Source: Promethearchaeota archaeon
Lineage (GTDB): Archaea; Asgardarchaeota; Lokiarchaeia; Sigyniarchaeales; SOKP01
DNA length: 64,000 nt
NCBI GenBank assembly: GCA_019058295.1
Contig: JAHPZI010000030.1
Coordinates: 32,001 to 96,000 of the forward strand
Direction: 5' to 3'
Shown here: positions 41,897-52,185 of the stretch, piece after piece
Position numbering within the stretch: the stretch's first letter is position 1
Layout: each line of letters opens with the position of its first letter
Made by a program: the position numbers and the translations under genes
The notes under the pieces: model-generated
Told to the model about the DNA's origin: nothing
The model's input: the letters and a program-made list of their open reading frames with translations, nothing else
The model's database searches: none

Positions 41897-42724
41897 ATGG
41901 ATTTAACTGAAACTTTAAACATCAATAAAGAGAGAGTAATTCCATCAGAGTTTATATTAAATGAAATTCAAAATAGTAAAAATTTACAATATATACTTCC
42001 TTTAGGTTTAAAAAATTTTGATAAATCAATTTTGAATAGAGGATTTCATCCTAATAAAAAATATCTTATTTTTGGAGCAAATAAATCTGGAAAAACTCAA
42101 TTTTGTTATCAAGTTTGTGTTCAAGCGTTTAAGCTTTTTTCAAAAGAGTTAGGTTATTCAAAAAAAGATAATATTAAATTTACCTATTATCTTGATACAG
42201 AGAATACTTTTAGACCAGAGAGAATAAAACAAATCGCAATAGCAATGAATTTGGATTATTTTAAGATATTCAAAAGCATAAATGTGGCAAAATTAATGAG
42301 TAATTATGCTTTACTGCTAAAATTAAAAGAAATAGAAGAACAAGAACAATTACAGAATGTAAGAGTGCTTATAATCGATTCAATCAATAAATATTATAGA
42401 TCTGAACAAGGAAATAAAGAAATTTCATATTATAATACTAGAAAAACTTTTTTAAAAATTTTAAAAATAATTGACGATCTTACTGAGAAATTTAACTTGA
42501 TCACTATAATAACAGCTCAAGTAGCTCCAAATTTTATTGATGACGCAATCATTAGAGATATACCCGTAGGAAATCAGTATTTAAATCATTTTTTCTCAGA
42601 ATACTTATATTTAAGTCTCAAAGCTGATAAAAACTATATTCATCTTCTTAATTCGCAATTGCTCCCTGAGACTAAAGTGTCTTTTAAAATTACAACTAAT
42701 GGAATTGAAGATCTTAAGATTTAG
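41897..42724 (+). CDS. RadA paralog lacking the N-terminal domain (aRadC-like)
   Basis: GANKSGKTQ, YLDTENTFRPERI, IIDSI. Confidence 0.82.
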   Translation: MDLTETLNINKERVIPSEFILNEIQNSKNLQYILPLGLKNFDKSILNRGFHPNKKYLIFGANKSGKTQFCYQVCVQAFKLFSKELGYSKKDNIKFTYYLDTENTFRPERIKQIAIAMNLDYFKIFKSINVAKLMSNYALLLKLKEIEEQEQLQNVRVLIIDSINKYYRSEQGNKEISYYNTRKTFLKILKIIDDLTEKFNLITIITAQVAPNFIDDAIIRDIPVGNQYLNHFFSEYLYLSLKADKNYIHLLNSQLLPETKVSFKITTNGIEDLKI

Positions 42725-42733
42725 CATAATAAA

Positions 42734-43564
42734 TTATTCAAGTATCAATTTCTTAAACTCTTCTATCGAAATATATTTGAATTTCTTAGATATAACCTTG
42801 GAATTAACAAAATAAATCTCATTTTTAATTTTTTTTATAATCATCTCAATCAATTCTACCGCATATTGTAGCTTTTTAAGTTTAATTGGATTAGCTTTTT
42901 GATTATCTGTCATTTCTGGCTTAGAATATCTACCTATATCTTCTCCAAAATCCATACCAATAAGAAATAGATTTTGCTCTGGTAGAAGTAATGATCGTAA
43001 AAAATAGAGAATTCTATCCCCATCTGTGAACCCACCGGCAGTAATTATATTATTCAAAGACTTTGCTTGAGTTGTACCAATAATCTTTTCAAAATTTAAT
43101 ATATCTTCTTTAAATTCTCTAATTTTATCCATATTATCTCCATGAGCATGAACTACAACAAAATCAGAATAATTAAATTCACTTTTAGTAATCCCATCTA
43201 AATCTGTGAAGATTGCATCAATGGGAATACCCTCCTCTTTTAATAATACAGAGGCACCATCAGCAGCTAAATTAACGCAATTATTAAGCAATTTATTACC
43301 TTTTTCTCTCATTAAATTTTTTACAGTGATTTCCAGAGATGGACCGCATCCGTAAATTAATATAGAGGCTCTACTCTGAATAGCATTTTTAAAAGAATTT
43401 AAGGTTGTTCCAAGTTTCCAGTTCTTACCTTTTTTGCTTAGGATTTCTGATAATAAATCACGTGCTTTATAATCTTTTTTCACATCAAATTTGAAATCTT
43501 TAGTGATTTTTTGATACCAATGCTTAAATTCAGAGTAATAGTCAACTTGTTCTTTAAGAGTCAA
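42734..43564 (-). CDS. mptE: 6-hydroxymethyl-7,8-dihydropterin pyrophosphokinase (DUF115)
   Basis: GCGPSL, AADGA, TDLDG, VHAHGDN, GGFTDGDR, GMDFG. Confidence 0.88.
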   Translation of the reverse strand: MTLKEQVDYYSEFKHWYQKITKDFKFDVKKDYKARDLLSEILSKKGKNWKLGTTLNSFKNAIQSRASILIYGCGPSLEITVKNLMREKGNKLLNNCVNLAADGASVLLKEEGIPIDAIFTDLDGITKSEFNYSDFVVVHAHGDNMDKIREFKEDILNFEKIIGTTQAKSLNNIITAGGFTDGDRILYFLRSLLLPEQNLFLIGMDFGEDIGRYSKPEMTDNQKANPIKLKKLQYAVELIEMIIKKIKNEIYFVNSKVISKKFKYISIEEFKKLILE

Positions 43565-43684
43565 TATCTTTTAATAGATTTTGTATTTTGAATTTTAAAA
43601 CAATAAATTTTAATTTCTAATATTATTAAAAAAACATATCATTACTAATTAATAACTTATAAGTTAAAAAAAAATGTGATTTAT

Positions 43685-44095
43685 ATGGGAAAAGAATCAT
43701 ATCTCTGTACAAAAACTCACCAATGGTGGGATCCTGACTCAAAAAAAGTCGGTATAACTGATTTTGCTCAAGAACAACTTGGTGAAATCAGTTTTGTTGA
43801 TGTAGAAGGAATTGATGGAGCATCCTTAAGCCAAGTACAAATGTCTGGTGATGACCCAACAAGCGATCCAATCGATTGTGTTGTTGAATCTAGTAAAGCC
43901 GTTGGTGACATTTACAGCCCTCTATCTGGTTCTGTTACATCTGTAAATTCCAATTTGATGGATGAACCAGAAAAATTAAACGAAGATCCTTATGGGGCGG
44001 GTTGGTTATTTACCCTAGATCCTTCTAATCTTGACGCTGAGAAAGGAAATTTGCTTTCGATGGCTGATTATGAAAGTTGGGTTGCTAGCAAATAA
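43685..44095 (+). CDS. gcvH: Glycine cleavage H / lipoyl carrier protein
   Basis: VGITDFAQEQLG, ESSKA (lipoyl Lys), N.DPYGAGWL. Confidence 0.92.
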   Translation: MGKESYLCTKTHQWWDPDSKKVGITDFAQEQLGEISFVDVEGIDGASLSQVQMSGDDPTSDPIDCVVESSKAVGDIYSPLSGSVTSVNSNLMDEPEKLNEDPYGAGWLFTLDPSNLDAEKGNLLSMADYESWVASK

Positions 44096-44152
44096 ACTCG
44101 TTAAGGATTATAAAAAATTTTTTCTTTTTTTTATTTTTATATATATATAATA

Positions 44153-45292
44153 ATGCATGATAAATTCACTTTAGGATTAATTGTAAATCCGATTTCTGGA
44201 ATGGGAGGCTCCGTCGGTCTCAAGGGAACAGATGGTAGAGATATTTTGGAAAAAGCCATTAATCTTGGAGCTACCCCCAATGCTCTAAATAGGACAAAAG
44301 AGCTATTAAATGAATTAAAATCAGTAAAATCTAAGCTTAAGTTTATCACTTGCCCCAAATTCATGGGAGAATTAATCCTAAAAAAAATGGATTTTAATTG
44401 TGAAATTATTGAAGACCCAATTTTTAATGATATAAAGGAGATTTATGATTCCACTGCCGAGCATACAACCATTGCTGCAGAGATTATGAAAAGCATTAAA
44501 GATTTAAAACTCATTCTCTTTGTGGGCGGTGATGGAACTGCAAGAGATATCGTAAGTGCTATAGGTAAAGAAAAACCTAGTCTCGGTATTCCTGCGGGTG
44601 TAAAAGTTTACTCTAGCGTTTTTTCCATAAATCCTAGAATGGCATCATCTATTATCATTCAATTCTTATGGGATGAAATTCCTTTAAAGGAATCTGAGGT
44701 TTTAGATATTGATGAGGACGAATATAGAAAAGGAAAATTGGTTTCAAAACTTTATGGACATTTACTTACCCCCTATAATCCAGATTATTTGCAATATTCT
44801 AAGATTGGTTCTCCTCATTCTGATTTAAATAATCAAGAGCGAATTGCTAAAAGAATTGTTGAATCTTTTGAAAAAGACGTTTATTATTTAATAGGACCAG
44901 GAACAACTACAAAAGCTATTACAGATAGATTAAATCAGAAAAAAACTGTTCTAGGAATAGACTTGCTTTTAAATAATAAAATTATAACACAAGATCTTAA
45001 CGAACAGCAAATATTAACTTATATTAAAGACAAAAAGATAAAAATAATTGTATCTTTAATAGGAAGGCAAGGTTTTCTTTTTGGAAGAGGTAATTTACAA
45101 TTTTCACCAATTATTTTAAAAAAAATTGGTCCTCAGAATATAATTATTCTCTCTACTAAGTATAAACTTCAAAATATTCCTAATCAGATTTTAAGATTAG
45201 ACACTCGATCCGCTGAATTGGATGAAAAAATGAGAGGATTTTATAAAGTTCTTGTAGATTACGATGATATAAAAATTTGTAAAGCTGAATGA
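44153..45292 (+). CDS. ATP-NAD kinase family protein
   Basis: NPISGMGG.VGLKGTDG, GGDGTARD, GIPAGVK. Confidence 0.85.
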   Translation: MHDKFTLGLIVNPISGMGGSVGLKGTDGRDILEKAINLGATPNALNRTKELLNELKSVKSKLKFITCPKFMGELILKKMDFNCEIIEDPIFNDIKEIYDSTAEHTTIAAEIMKSIKDLKLILFVGGDGTARDIVSAIGKEKPSLGIPAGVKVYSSVFSINPRMASSIIIQFLWDEIPLKESEVLDIDEDEYRKGKLVSKLYGHLLTPYNPDYLQYSKIGSPHSDLNNQERIAKRIVESFEKDVYYLIGPGTTTKAITDRLNQKKTVLGIDLLLNNKIITQDLNEQQILTYIKDKKIKIIVSLIGRQGFLFGRGNLQFSPIILKKIGPQNIIILSTKYKLQNIPNQILRLDTRSAELDEKMRGFYKVLVDYDDIKICKAE

Positions 45293-45327
45293 GTTCTAAT
45301 TTTAATAAAAATAAAAAATTTTAACTA

Positions 45328-45840
45328 TTAGAACGGATCATTCCCAGTTTTAACAGCAATCATATATTGTAAAGCTAAAAAAGTTACGAAGATCATAATT
45401 ACACCAAGAACCAGAATTCTTAAAGCCATTGTCCGATTAAACGAGTGTTTTGAAGCTTGATAAAGCAAGAGGAACCCAGTCGAAGAAAGAAAAATAAGAA
45501 TTGATGCTACTATCCCTTCAATAATGAATGAATCGTGTATACTCGCATAAAGAAAAATTGGTTCTCCTTTACTATCTGCTCCCAGCGCAGGAGGCTTCCT
45601 ATAAATCAAGTATACTATGCCTGTTTGAAGTACAAATAGTATTATATAAATAACGATAATACCCAATGTTTTTGATGGAGTAGGTACAGTTATACCTCGA
45701 TGCTTTAATCTAGGGAAAACAATTTTAGGTCTTCTAAGTTTTTTTCCAAAGATCCATGGCGTGCGCTTTCTGATTTTTTCCGCTATTGTTTCTGACCCGC
45801 TAATGTCTTTCTTTTCCTTTATTCTCTCGAACTTGGACAT
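45328..45840 (-). CDS. OSTC/DC2 (OST3/OST6 family)-like membrane protein
   Basis: PS...TGIVY.I...PPALG...P.F.......FIIEG...S; three TMs. Confidence 0.72.
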   Translation of the reverse strand: MSKFERIKEKKDISGSETIAEKIRKRTPWIFGKKLRRPKIVFPRLKHRGITVPTPSKTLGIIVIYIILFVLQTGIVYLIYRKPPALGADSKGEPIFLYASIHDSFIIEGIVASILIFLSSTGFLLLYQASKHSFNRTMALRILVLGVIMIFVTFLALQYMIAVKTGNDPF

Positions 45841-45981
45841 CGTTTGATAAAAAAACGTATAAGCGTTTTTGATAAATTATCGCTTAAAATTAATTATTAA
45901 TTTTTTATAAATATTCTAAATAAATAATTGTATTCAAATTAATATATTTTATCAAGTAAACTGAAAAAATCTATGATAAAT

Positions 45982-47484
45982 TTAATTTATATTATCGAGT
46001 AATTTTATTAAGAAGTTCCAAAATTTCTCAACACTTTTAATTCTTAAGCGTTCATCAGGGGAATGTACTCCTTCGATGGTTGGGCCCATAGAAATTGCCT
46101 CCATTTTAGGAAATTTCTCCTTTAATATCCCACATTCTAGTCCCGCATGAATGGCGTGAACTGATGGCTCTTTAGCGAATAATTCTATGAATGTATCTTT
46201 ACAAATTTTCAACAACTTAGAGTCAAAATCGGGTTCCCACCCTGGATAGCTTCCATTATGCTCTACATTTATCCGTCTATCTGCTAAAAAGAATAACGCT
46301 TCCATTTGTTCATAGATTATTACTTTTGAGATTTCATCTAAGCTCCTCTGACTTGTTACTATTTTTAAAAAATCCTCCTGAATATCAATGGACGCTAAAT
46401 TTGTTGAGGTCTGCACCAAATTAGGAATCTTTGGATGCATTGATATTGGTCCATTTGGCATGCCATGCAGAATATAAAGCAACCTTTTCATTAACTTATT
46501 GGGGAGAATTTTTGTGTCCTTAAAACCTTCTACTTTTTCAAATTTAATCTTGATATTCGGTTCAATATTATGAAATCTTAATTTTGTTTCTTCCTTTATT
46601 TGATTAAAAAGATCAATTAATGGTAAATAATCCTCCTCAAGCAAATATAAAATTGCGTAAGCTTCTCTAGGAATTGCATTAGATCTATTACCTCCTTTAA
46701 TGAAATTTATAGCAAATTGAGTTTCTTTATTAAATTTCCACAAGAAATTGACCAGTATCTTGATCGCATTAGCTCGACCTCTATGAATATCAACACCTGA
46801 ATGTCCTCCAAGTAAACCTGTTATAGACAATTTCATTGGTATCGGATTTATTTCCATTTCTATATTTCTATGATTTATTTTAATATCTGCAATCGTCCTA
46901 ATACCTCCAGCGCACCCTATTGTAAAAGAATCATCTTCTTCAGAATCAAGATTTATAAGATATTTACCTTCTAAAAAATCCTTATCAATATTAAAAGCTC
47001 CTACCAGACCAACCTCTTCATCAACCGTGAATAAAAGCTCTAAATCTAACATATCATACGTTAATTCGCCTTTATAGATTTTTTTCATGAGAGTTAAAAT
47101 GTAAGCTATGCCAACCCCATTATCGGCACCTAAAGTTGTTCCTTCAGCAATAAGCCATTTCTCTTTATCTATTTCGATAATTTTTAATTTTAAAGGATCT
47201 TTCGAAAAATCGTGAATAATCCCCTCGTTTTTTTCGCAGACCATATCCATATGGCATTGCAATACTATTTTTAAATTATTCTCTTTTTCAATTTTTGATG
47301 GGATTTTTACAATAAGATTTCCAACTCTATCAATTTTAGTCTCAAATCCCAAATTTTTCGCTTCTTGTTGTATAAACCTTCTTATTTCCCCTTCACTACC
47401 TGAACATCTAGGAATTCTAGAAATTAGATCAAAATATTCCCAAAACTCTGATGGAGATCCTAAATCTATAAGATTTTCTATCAA
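45982..47484 (-). CDS. pepD: Aminoacyl-histidine dipeptidase PepD (M20C)
   Basis: HMDMVCEK, TTLGADNG, DEEVG, GGHSG, HAGLECG, HSPDE. Confidence 0.93.
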   Translation of the reverse strand: MIENLIDLGSPSEFWEYFDLISRIPRCSGSEGEIRRFIQQEAKNLGFETKIDRVGNLIVKIPSKIEKENNLKIVLQCHMDMVCEKNEGIIHDFSKDPLKLKIIEIDKEKWLIAEGTTLGADNGVGIAYILTLMKKIYKGELTYDMLDLELLFTVDEEVGLVGAFNIDKDFLEGKYLINLDSEEDDSFTIGCAGGIRTIADIKINHRNIEMEINPIPMKLSITGLLGGHSGVDIHRGRANAIKILVNFLWKFNKETQFAINFIKGGNRSNAIPREAYAILYLLEEDYLPLIDLFNQIKEETKLRFHNIEPNIKIKFEKVEGFKDTKILPNKLMKRLLYILHGMPNGPISMHPKIPNLVQTSTNLASIDIQEDFLKIVTSQRSLDEISKVIIYEQMEALFFLADRRINVEHNGSYPGWEPDFDSKLLKICKDTFIELFAKEPSVHAIHAGLECGILKEKFPKMEAISMGPTIEGVHSPDERLRIKSVEKFWNFLIKLLDNIN

Positions 47485-47586
47485 AGATATCGCTACCTAT
47501 GAAAATATAAATATGTATCAATTTATATTATTTATAACATAATTTTTAAGAATATTCCTTTTAATTTTAATGAGATTGACAAAAAA

Positions 47587-48717
47587 ATGAGTTCATGGAA
47601 AGACATTTATTCGGAAGTTAAGAAGAGAAAGATGGAGGCGCTAAATAAGGGTGGTGTAGTTAAAGCGGTTGAAGAACATGGAAAGATTCTTGCTGTTGAT
47701 GGGAAATTCGAAAAACCGAAAAAAATTATTCAACATATGTATGCCCATGAAAAGACGATAATAAAACCAAAAGCTATCTTAAAAACTGACTTGGATTCAT
47801 ATGATCTCGTTTTAATTGGGTGCCCTGGAGATGAAATTCCTCCTATCGCTCATTCAAAAATTAAAGATTTTGTGTCAAATGGTGGCTGGTTACTCACAAC
47901 AGATTGGGCAATTCACCATATTATCCAAAATATATTTCCTGGGTTTATTAGTTGGAACGGAATAAAAACAGATGATGCGGTTGTTGCGTGTCAAATTTTA
48001 GAACCAAATCATCCATTTTTAGATGGTGTTTTAGGTGAAATTCAGCAAAAAAAATGGGCTAAGAAAACAAGTGCTAATACTGGAAAAACAGAATTCCGTT
48101 GGTGGCTTGAAACTCGATCTTTTCCTATTCAAATTTTAAAATCTGCCGCTGTTGAGGTATTAATAGCTTCAAATGAGCTTAAACAGAAATGGGGCGAATC
48201 TCCTGTATTAGTATATTTTGATTTTGGAAAAAAAGGGGGCCGAATAATTCACATGATTTCTCATACTCATCTTCAAAAAGGAGGTGCTAAAGGAAAATAC
48301 GCCTCAGCATTAATCATAACAAATATTTTAGATGAAAAGATTTCACAAAAAATGGGTCTTGACAAAAAACCAGCGGAGCGGTATGTTTCAGATTGGGAAA
48401 CTCCACCTCAACAACAATCTCCTTCCCAAACTCCATTGGAAGGACAACGGGTAAGGCCATCTCAAAAAGACGATTATTTAACACCAACGACAGCTGGGAG
48501 TGGGATTGGTTTATCTGGTACCTCTCAAATTATAGAAGCAAACGATAAAAATTTTTCATTTTCTAATAAATGTGTCTTTTGTGGTAAAAAATTTGCCGAC
48601 TTTAGCGAAAAAATTTATCTATGTAAAGAATGCGGAGCTCCTTACCATGAGATTTGCATTAATTTGCAAATTAACCATGGAGTTTGTAAAAAATGCAATA
48701 GAATATTATTATGGTAA
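47587..48717 (+). CDS. Hypothetical protein: GATase-like N-terminal domain, low-complexity linker, C-terminal RING/PHD-like Zn finger
   Basis: DLVLIGCPG, GGWLLTTDW; CVFC..CKEC...H..C..CKKC. Confidence 0.65.
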   Translation: MSSWKDIYSEVKKRKMEALNKGGVVKAVEEHGKILAVDGKFEKPKKIIQHMYAHEKTIIKPKAILKTDLDSYDLVLIGCPGDEIPPIAHSKIKDFVSNGGWLLTTDWAIHHIIQNIFPGFISWNGIKTDDAVVACQILEPNHPFLDGVLGEIQQKKWAKKTSANTGKTEFRWWLETRSFPIQILKSAAVEVLIASNELKQKWGESPVLVYFDFGKKGGRIIHMISHTHLQKGGAKGKYASALIITNILDEKISQKMGLDKKPAERYVSDWETPPQQQSPSQTPLEGQRVRPSQKDDYLTPTTAGSGIGLSGTSQIIEANDKNFSFSNKCVFCGKKFADFSEKIYLCKECGAPYHEICINLQINHGVCKKCNRILLW

Positions 48718-48878
48718 ACCAATCCAAATCGATGTTGATTGAAATGGAAGATTTTTTATGAAAAAAGATTTTTACCTCTAAGAAATAAAATTGGACTTTT
48801 TTCTTTCTTTTCCTACGAATAGTTTTATTATATCTTAAATAAGATTAATTATAATAATTTAAAATTTAGGGATATTGA

Positions 48879-50177
48879 ATGGTTAATTTTAACGAAATTT
48901 ATAAAGAAGTAGACAATTTAGATACCGATAAAATTATGGATTTAATGAGAACTTTAATAAATATCGACACGACAGTGCCTCCAGGTAATTCTTATCGAGA
49001 ATATGTGGATATGATTTCCCCCTATTTTATGGAATTAGATTATTCCTTAGAGGAAGTTATTATGCCAGAAGAACTTGTTAAACAAATTCCTTATCCATTG
49101 GAAGGTCCTCGAGTTAATCTTGTAGCAACAAAGGATTTTGGTCAAGAAAAATATGTAACTTTTTACGGCCATATGGATGTTGTTCCTGCCCCCGATGAGG
49201 GTGAGAAAAAATGGCGTTTTCCTCCTTTTGAAGCAACTATGATTAAAAGTGGTAAAATCTATGGTCGAGGAGTGGCAGACATGAAGGGGTCTATGATTTG
49301 TCTAATATTAGCACTTCAAATAATAGAGAAATTAAAACTTACTCCACAGTATAATATTCGAGTTTTGAACTGTACAGATGAAGAAATTGGTAGTTACCCT
49401 GGTGTTCGTTATCTCGAAGAGCAAGGCTACATTAAAGGAACAACATCCGAGGAAAAAAGTATGGTTTTTTGTATGGAAGGTGTAACTAATCCTATAATTC
49501 CAATAGGTATGGCTGGCGATTTGGATATAATTGTTGAAACAATCGGTAGAAGTTGCCACTCCGGTATGAATTTCATGGGTGTAAATGCTTTAGAAGAGAT
49601 GATTCCCATTTTATCAGAACTTATGAAATTAAAAAAAATCGTCGAAGAACGTGAAAGCCAAGATATTCCCGGATTCCCAAGACCAGGGACTGGCGAGAAG
49701 CGAAATATGACTCCTATGTTTAACTTAGATATTATTAGATCTGGCGAAAAGGCTAACATCGTACCAGATTTATGTACACTAACTATAAATCGACGTATTA
49801 TCCCAGAAGAAAATTTTGAAGACGTAAAACAAGAAATTCAAGACGCTATCGAAAGAGGAAAGGAAAAAAGTAAAGCATTAGATGTGAGAACTACTTTTAA
49901 ATACGCTTATCCGCCATTGAAAACAGATCCCAATTCACCCGCTTCAATAAGATTAAAAAAAGTGATTAGTTCTGTTCAAAATGTTCCTGAAGAAAATATT
50001 CCAGTAATTGGTGTTTCAGGAAGTACTGATATGGGTTTTCTAAATGAATATGATGTAATAGTGCCTGGAGTTGCAAATACCGGCTCAAATCCACATGGAG
50101 TTAACGAAACTATTAAATTAAAAGATGTGAAAACTTTCATAAAACAAATTATTGTATTCCTTTGCGCTGATTTATAA
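48879..50177 (+). CDS. M20 ArgE/DapE-family metallohydrolase
   Basis: GHMDVVP, GRGVADMKG, DEEIG, HGVNE. Confidence 0.9.
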   Translation: MVNFNEIYKEVDNLDTDKIMDLMRTLINIDTTVPPGNSYREYVDMISPYFMELDYSLEEVIMPEELVKQIPYPLEGPRVNLVATKDFGQEKYVTFYGHMDVVPAPDEGEKKWRFPPFEATMIKSGKIYGRGVADMKGSMICLILALQIIEKLKLTPQYNIRVLNCTDEEIGSYPGVRYLEEQGYIKGTTSEEKSMVFCMEGVTNPIIPIGMAGDLDIIVETIGRSCHSGMNFMGVNALEEMIPILSELMKLKKIVEERESQDIPGFPRPGTGEKRNMTPMFNLDIIRSGEKANIVPDLCTLTINRRIIPEENFEDVKQEIQDAIERGKEKSKALDVRTTFKYAYPPLKTDPNSPASIRLKKVISSVQNVPEENIPVIGVSGSTDMGFLNEYDVIVPGVANTGSNPHGVNETIKLKDVKTFIKQIIVFLCADL

Positions 50178-50238
50178 AAAAAAAATAAAAAAAAATTTGA
50201 GTTTTTTTATTATTTAGCAATTTTTATTGAGACAGAAT

Positions 50239-50436
50239 CTAATTCTCTATTATTTCTATTGCCTCTTCAGGACATTGTGTCTCGCAAGCTCGACAACCTA
50301 CGCAATCGTCACGATTATCCTCAAGAACGTTAACTTTGCCACCTTCTGGCTCGCCAAAACACTCGCTTGGGCACACCTCATAGCAAGTCCCGCAGCCCGT
50401 ACAGGCATCCATATCTATCTTGATATCAAAAGACAT
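50239..50436 (-). CDS. 2[4Fe-4S] ferredoxin
   Basis: CTGCGTCYEVCP and CVGCRACETQCP. Confidence 0.93.
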   Translation of the reverse strand: MSFDIKIDMDACTGCGTCYEVCPSECFGEPEGGKVNVLEDNRDDCVGCRACETQCPEEAIEIIEN

Positions 50437-50671
50437 TTTTCATCAAAACTTTTGTGTGTTTTCGATTTATTTTTAATTTTTCAATTAAAATAATTCCTTT
50501 AGTTTAAAAATTGTGTAAAAAATATAAAGTTTTGATTAATAGTAAAAACCACCAATCAACCATCAATAAATGGAATTGAATCTATTTATTCATGGAATGT
50601 TATTAAAACGATAAGAAAGAAAAATTTGATTTTAAAATTAAAAAAAAAATAAAAATTTATATGTTCTTTTA

Positions 50672-50995
50672 TTATTCTTGTGCGGCTTCTTCGGCAGCTA
50701 ATTCTTCCTCAAGTTCTTCGAGAGGAACAGGAGCTGGCGTTGTTAACATTGAATATCCAATCCAAATCGCTATGATACAAATCAGAACTACGAGCAACCA
50801 TAATGGAAGTACAACGAATAAGCGCCACGAGAAGATATCAAATGGTAACATATCGGAGATAATTGGCATTTTAAAACCTCCAGATACACCAATCGCTTCC
50901 ATAAATAAATCTACGATTGAGCCCAGAGTATAAAGAATAGCGATGAGGATGCCCAAAATCATAATTATTAGTCCAATTATTTTATCTTTTGCCAT
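50672..50995 (-). CDS. Small two-TM membrane protein, DPM2/PIG-P-like
   Basis: KDKIIG..LYT; LPL...WIGYSMLTTP. Confidence 0.6.
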   Translation of the reverse strand: MAKDKIIGLIIMILGILIAILYTLGSIVDLFMEAIGVSGGFKMPIISDMLPFDIFSWRLFVVLPLWLLVVLICIIAIWIGYSMLTTPAPVPLEELEEELAAEEAAQE

Positions 50996-51222
50996 TTTTA
51001 AAACCTTTCTTATATGTTATTTTTTATTTTTAATCTAAAATTTTTAAATATATAAAGCTATATTAGATATTTTTTTTTAAAAGTTTTTCAAATAAAAACC
51101 ATTTGGTTTTATCTGATTATTTACTTTATTCAAAAATAGGTAAAATATTATGATGATTATTTATTAGTTAATATTGAAAGAAATAAATAAATCTTAACCC
51201 CATGGAATTATAGTGTAGAGAT

Positions 51223-52176
51223 ATGTCCGATAAAAATGGGTATGTCCTCGTTATAGGCTCAAGTAATATGGATCTTAATATCTATTCAGAAAGACTTCCA
51301 AAACCCGGAGAAACTGTGACTGGGGGCATATTTAAACAATTTTTAGGAGGAAAAGGTGCCAATCAAGCTGTAGCGTCAGTGAGAGCAGGGGTTAAAACAA
51401 TATTTATTGGTAAAATTGGAAATGATTTTTTTGGGGATCAAATGCTTTCTCGCTTAACAAAAGAAGGCATTAACACGAGCCATATTATTAAAGATGCTCA
51501 GGAGTCAAGTGGAGTAGCATTTATAATGATAGATGACAATGGAGAAAACATGATTAGTGTAGCTCCAGGAGCAAATGCAATGTTGAATCCGTTGGAAATT
51601 AGAGCTAAATCTGATATTATTAAAAAAGCAAAGGTAATAGTTGTTCAGATGGAGCTTTCAATTGAAACTATTGAAGAAATATATAGAATAGCTTCTCAGG
51701 GGAATGTAATAAAGATTTTAAATCCAGCACCACTAAAACCGATTCCTATTAGTGTTTTGAAAAACATTGATATAATTATTCCTAATGAAGGAGAACTATT
51801 CCGCTTACATTCTCTTTTAGAATTTAAGGAGTTATCAGGCAAACAGAAAGAAAAAATTATCCAAGCTTCAAAAGACATAGCAAGTTTGGGTATAAGAATA
51901 GTTATTACAACATTAGGAAGTAAAGGATGCCTAATTGTTGAAAATGATGAGGTTTTCGAGATTCCTGCGTTTAAAGTCGAGGCAATAGATACAGTAGGAG
52001 CTGGAGATTGTTTTAATGGAGTTTTAGCAAGTAAATTATGTCAGGGTGAAACATTATTAAACGCTGTAAAGTATGCAACCGCTGCGGCTTCAATTGCAGT
52101 GACAAGAAAAGGTGCTCAAGAATCCATGCCATTCATAAATGAAATTGATGAGCAATTTAAGAAATTTAGAAAATGA
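51223..52176 (+). CDS. rbsK: Ribokinase
   Basis: GSSNMD, GGKGANQA, PNEGE, DTVGAGD. Confidence 0.93.
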   Translation: MSDKNGYVLVIGSSNMDLNIYSERLPKPGETVTGGIFKQFLGGKGANQAVASVRAGVKTIFIGKIGNDFFGDQMLSRLTKEGINTSHIIKDAQESSGVAFIMIDDNGENMISVAPGANAMLNPLEIRAKSDIIKKAKVIVVQMELSIETIEEIYRIASQGNVIKILNPAPLKPIPISVLKNIDIIIPNEGELFRLHSLLEFKELSGKQKEKIIQASKDIASLGIRIVITTLGSKGCLIVENDEVFEIPAFKVEAIDTVGAGDCFNGVLASKLCQGETLLNAVKYATAAASIAVTRKGAQESMPFINEIDEQFKKFRK

Positions 52177-52185
52177 CTTGAAAAA

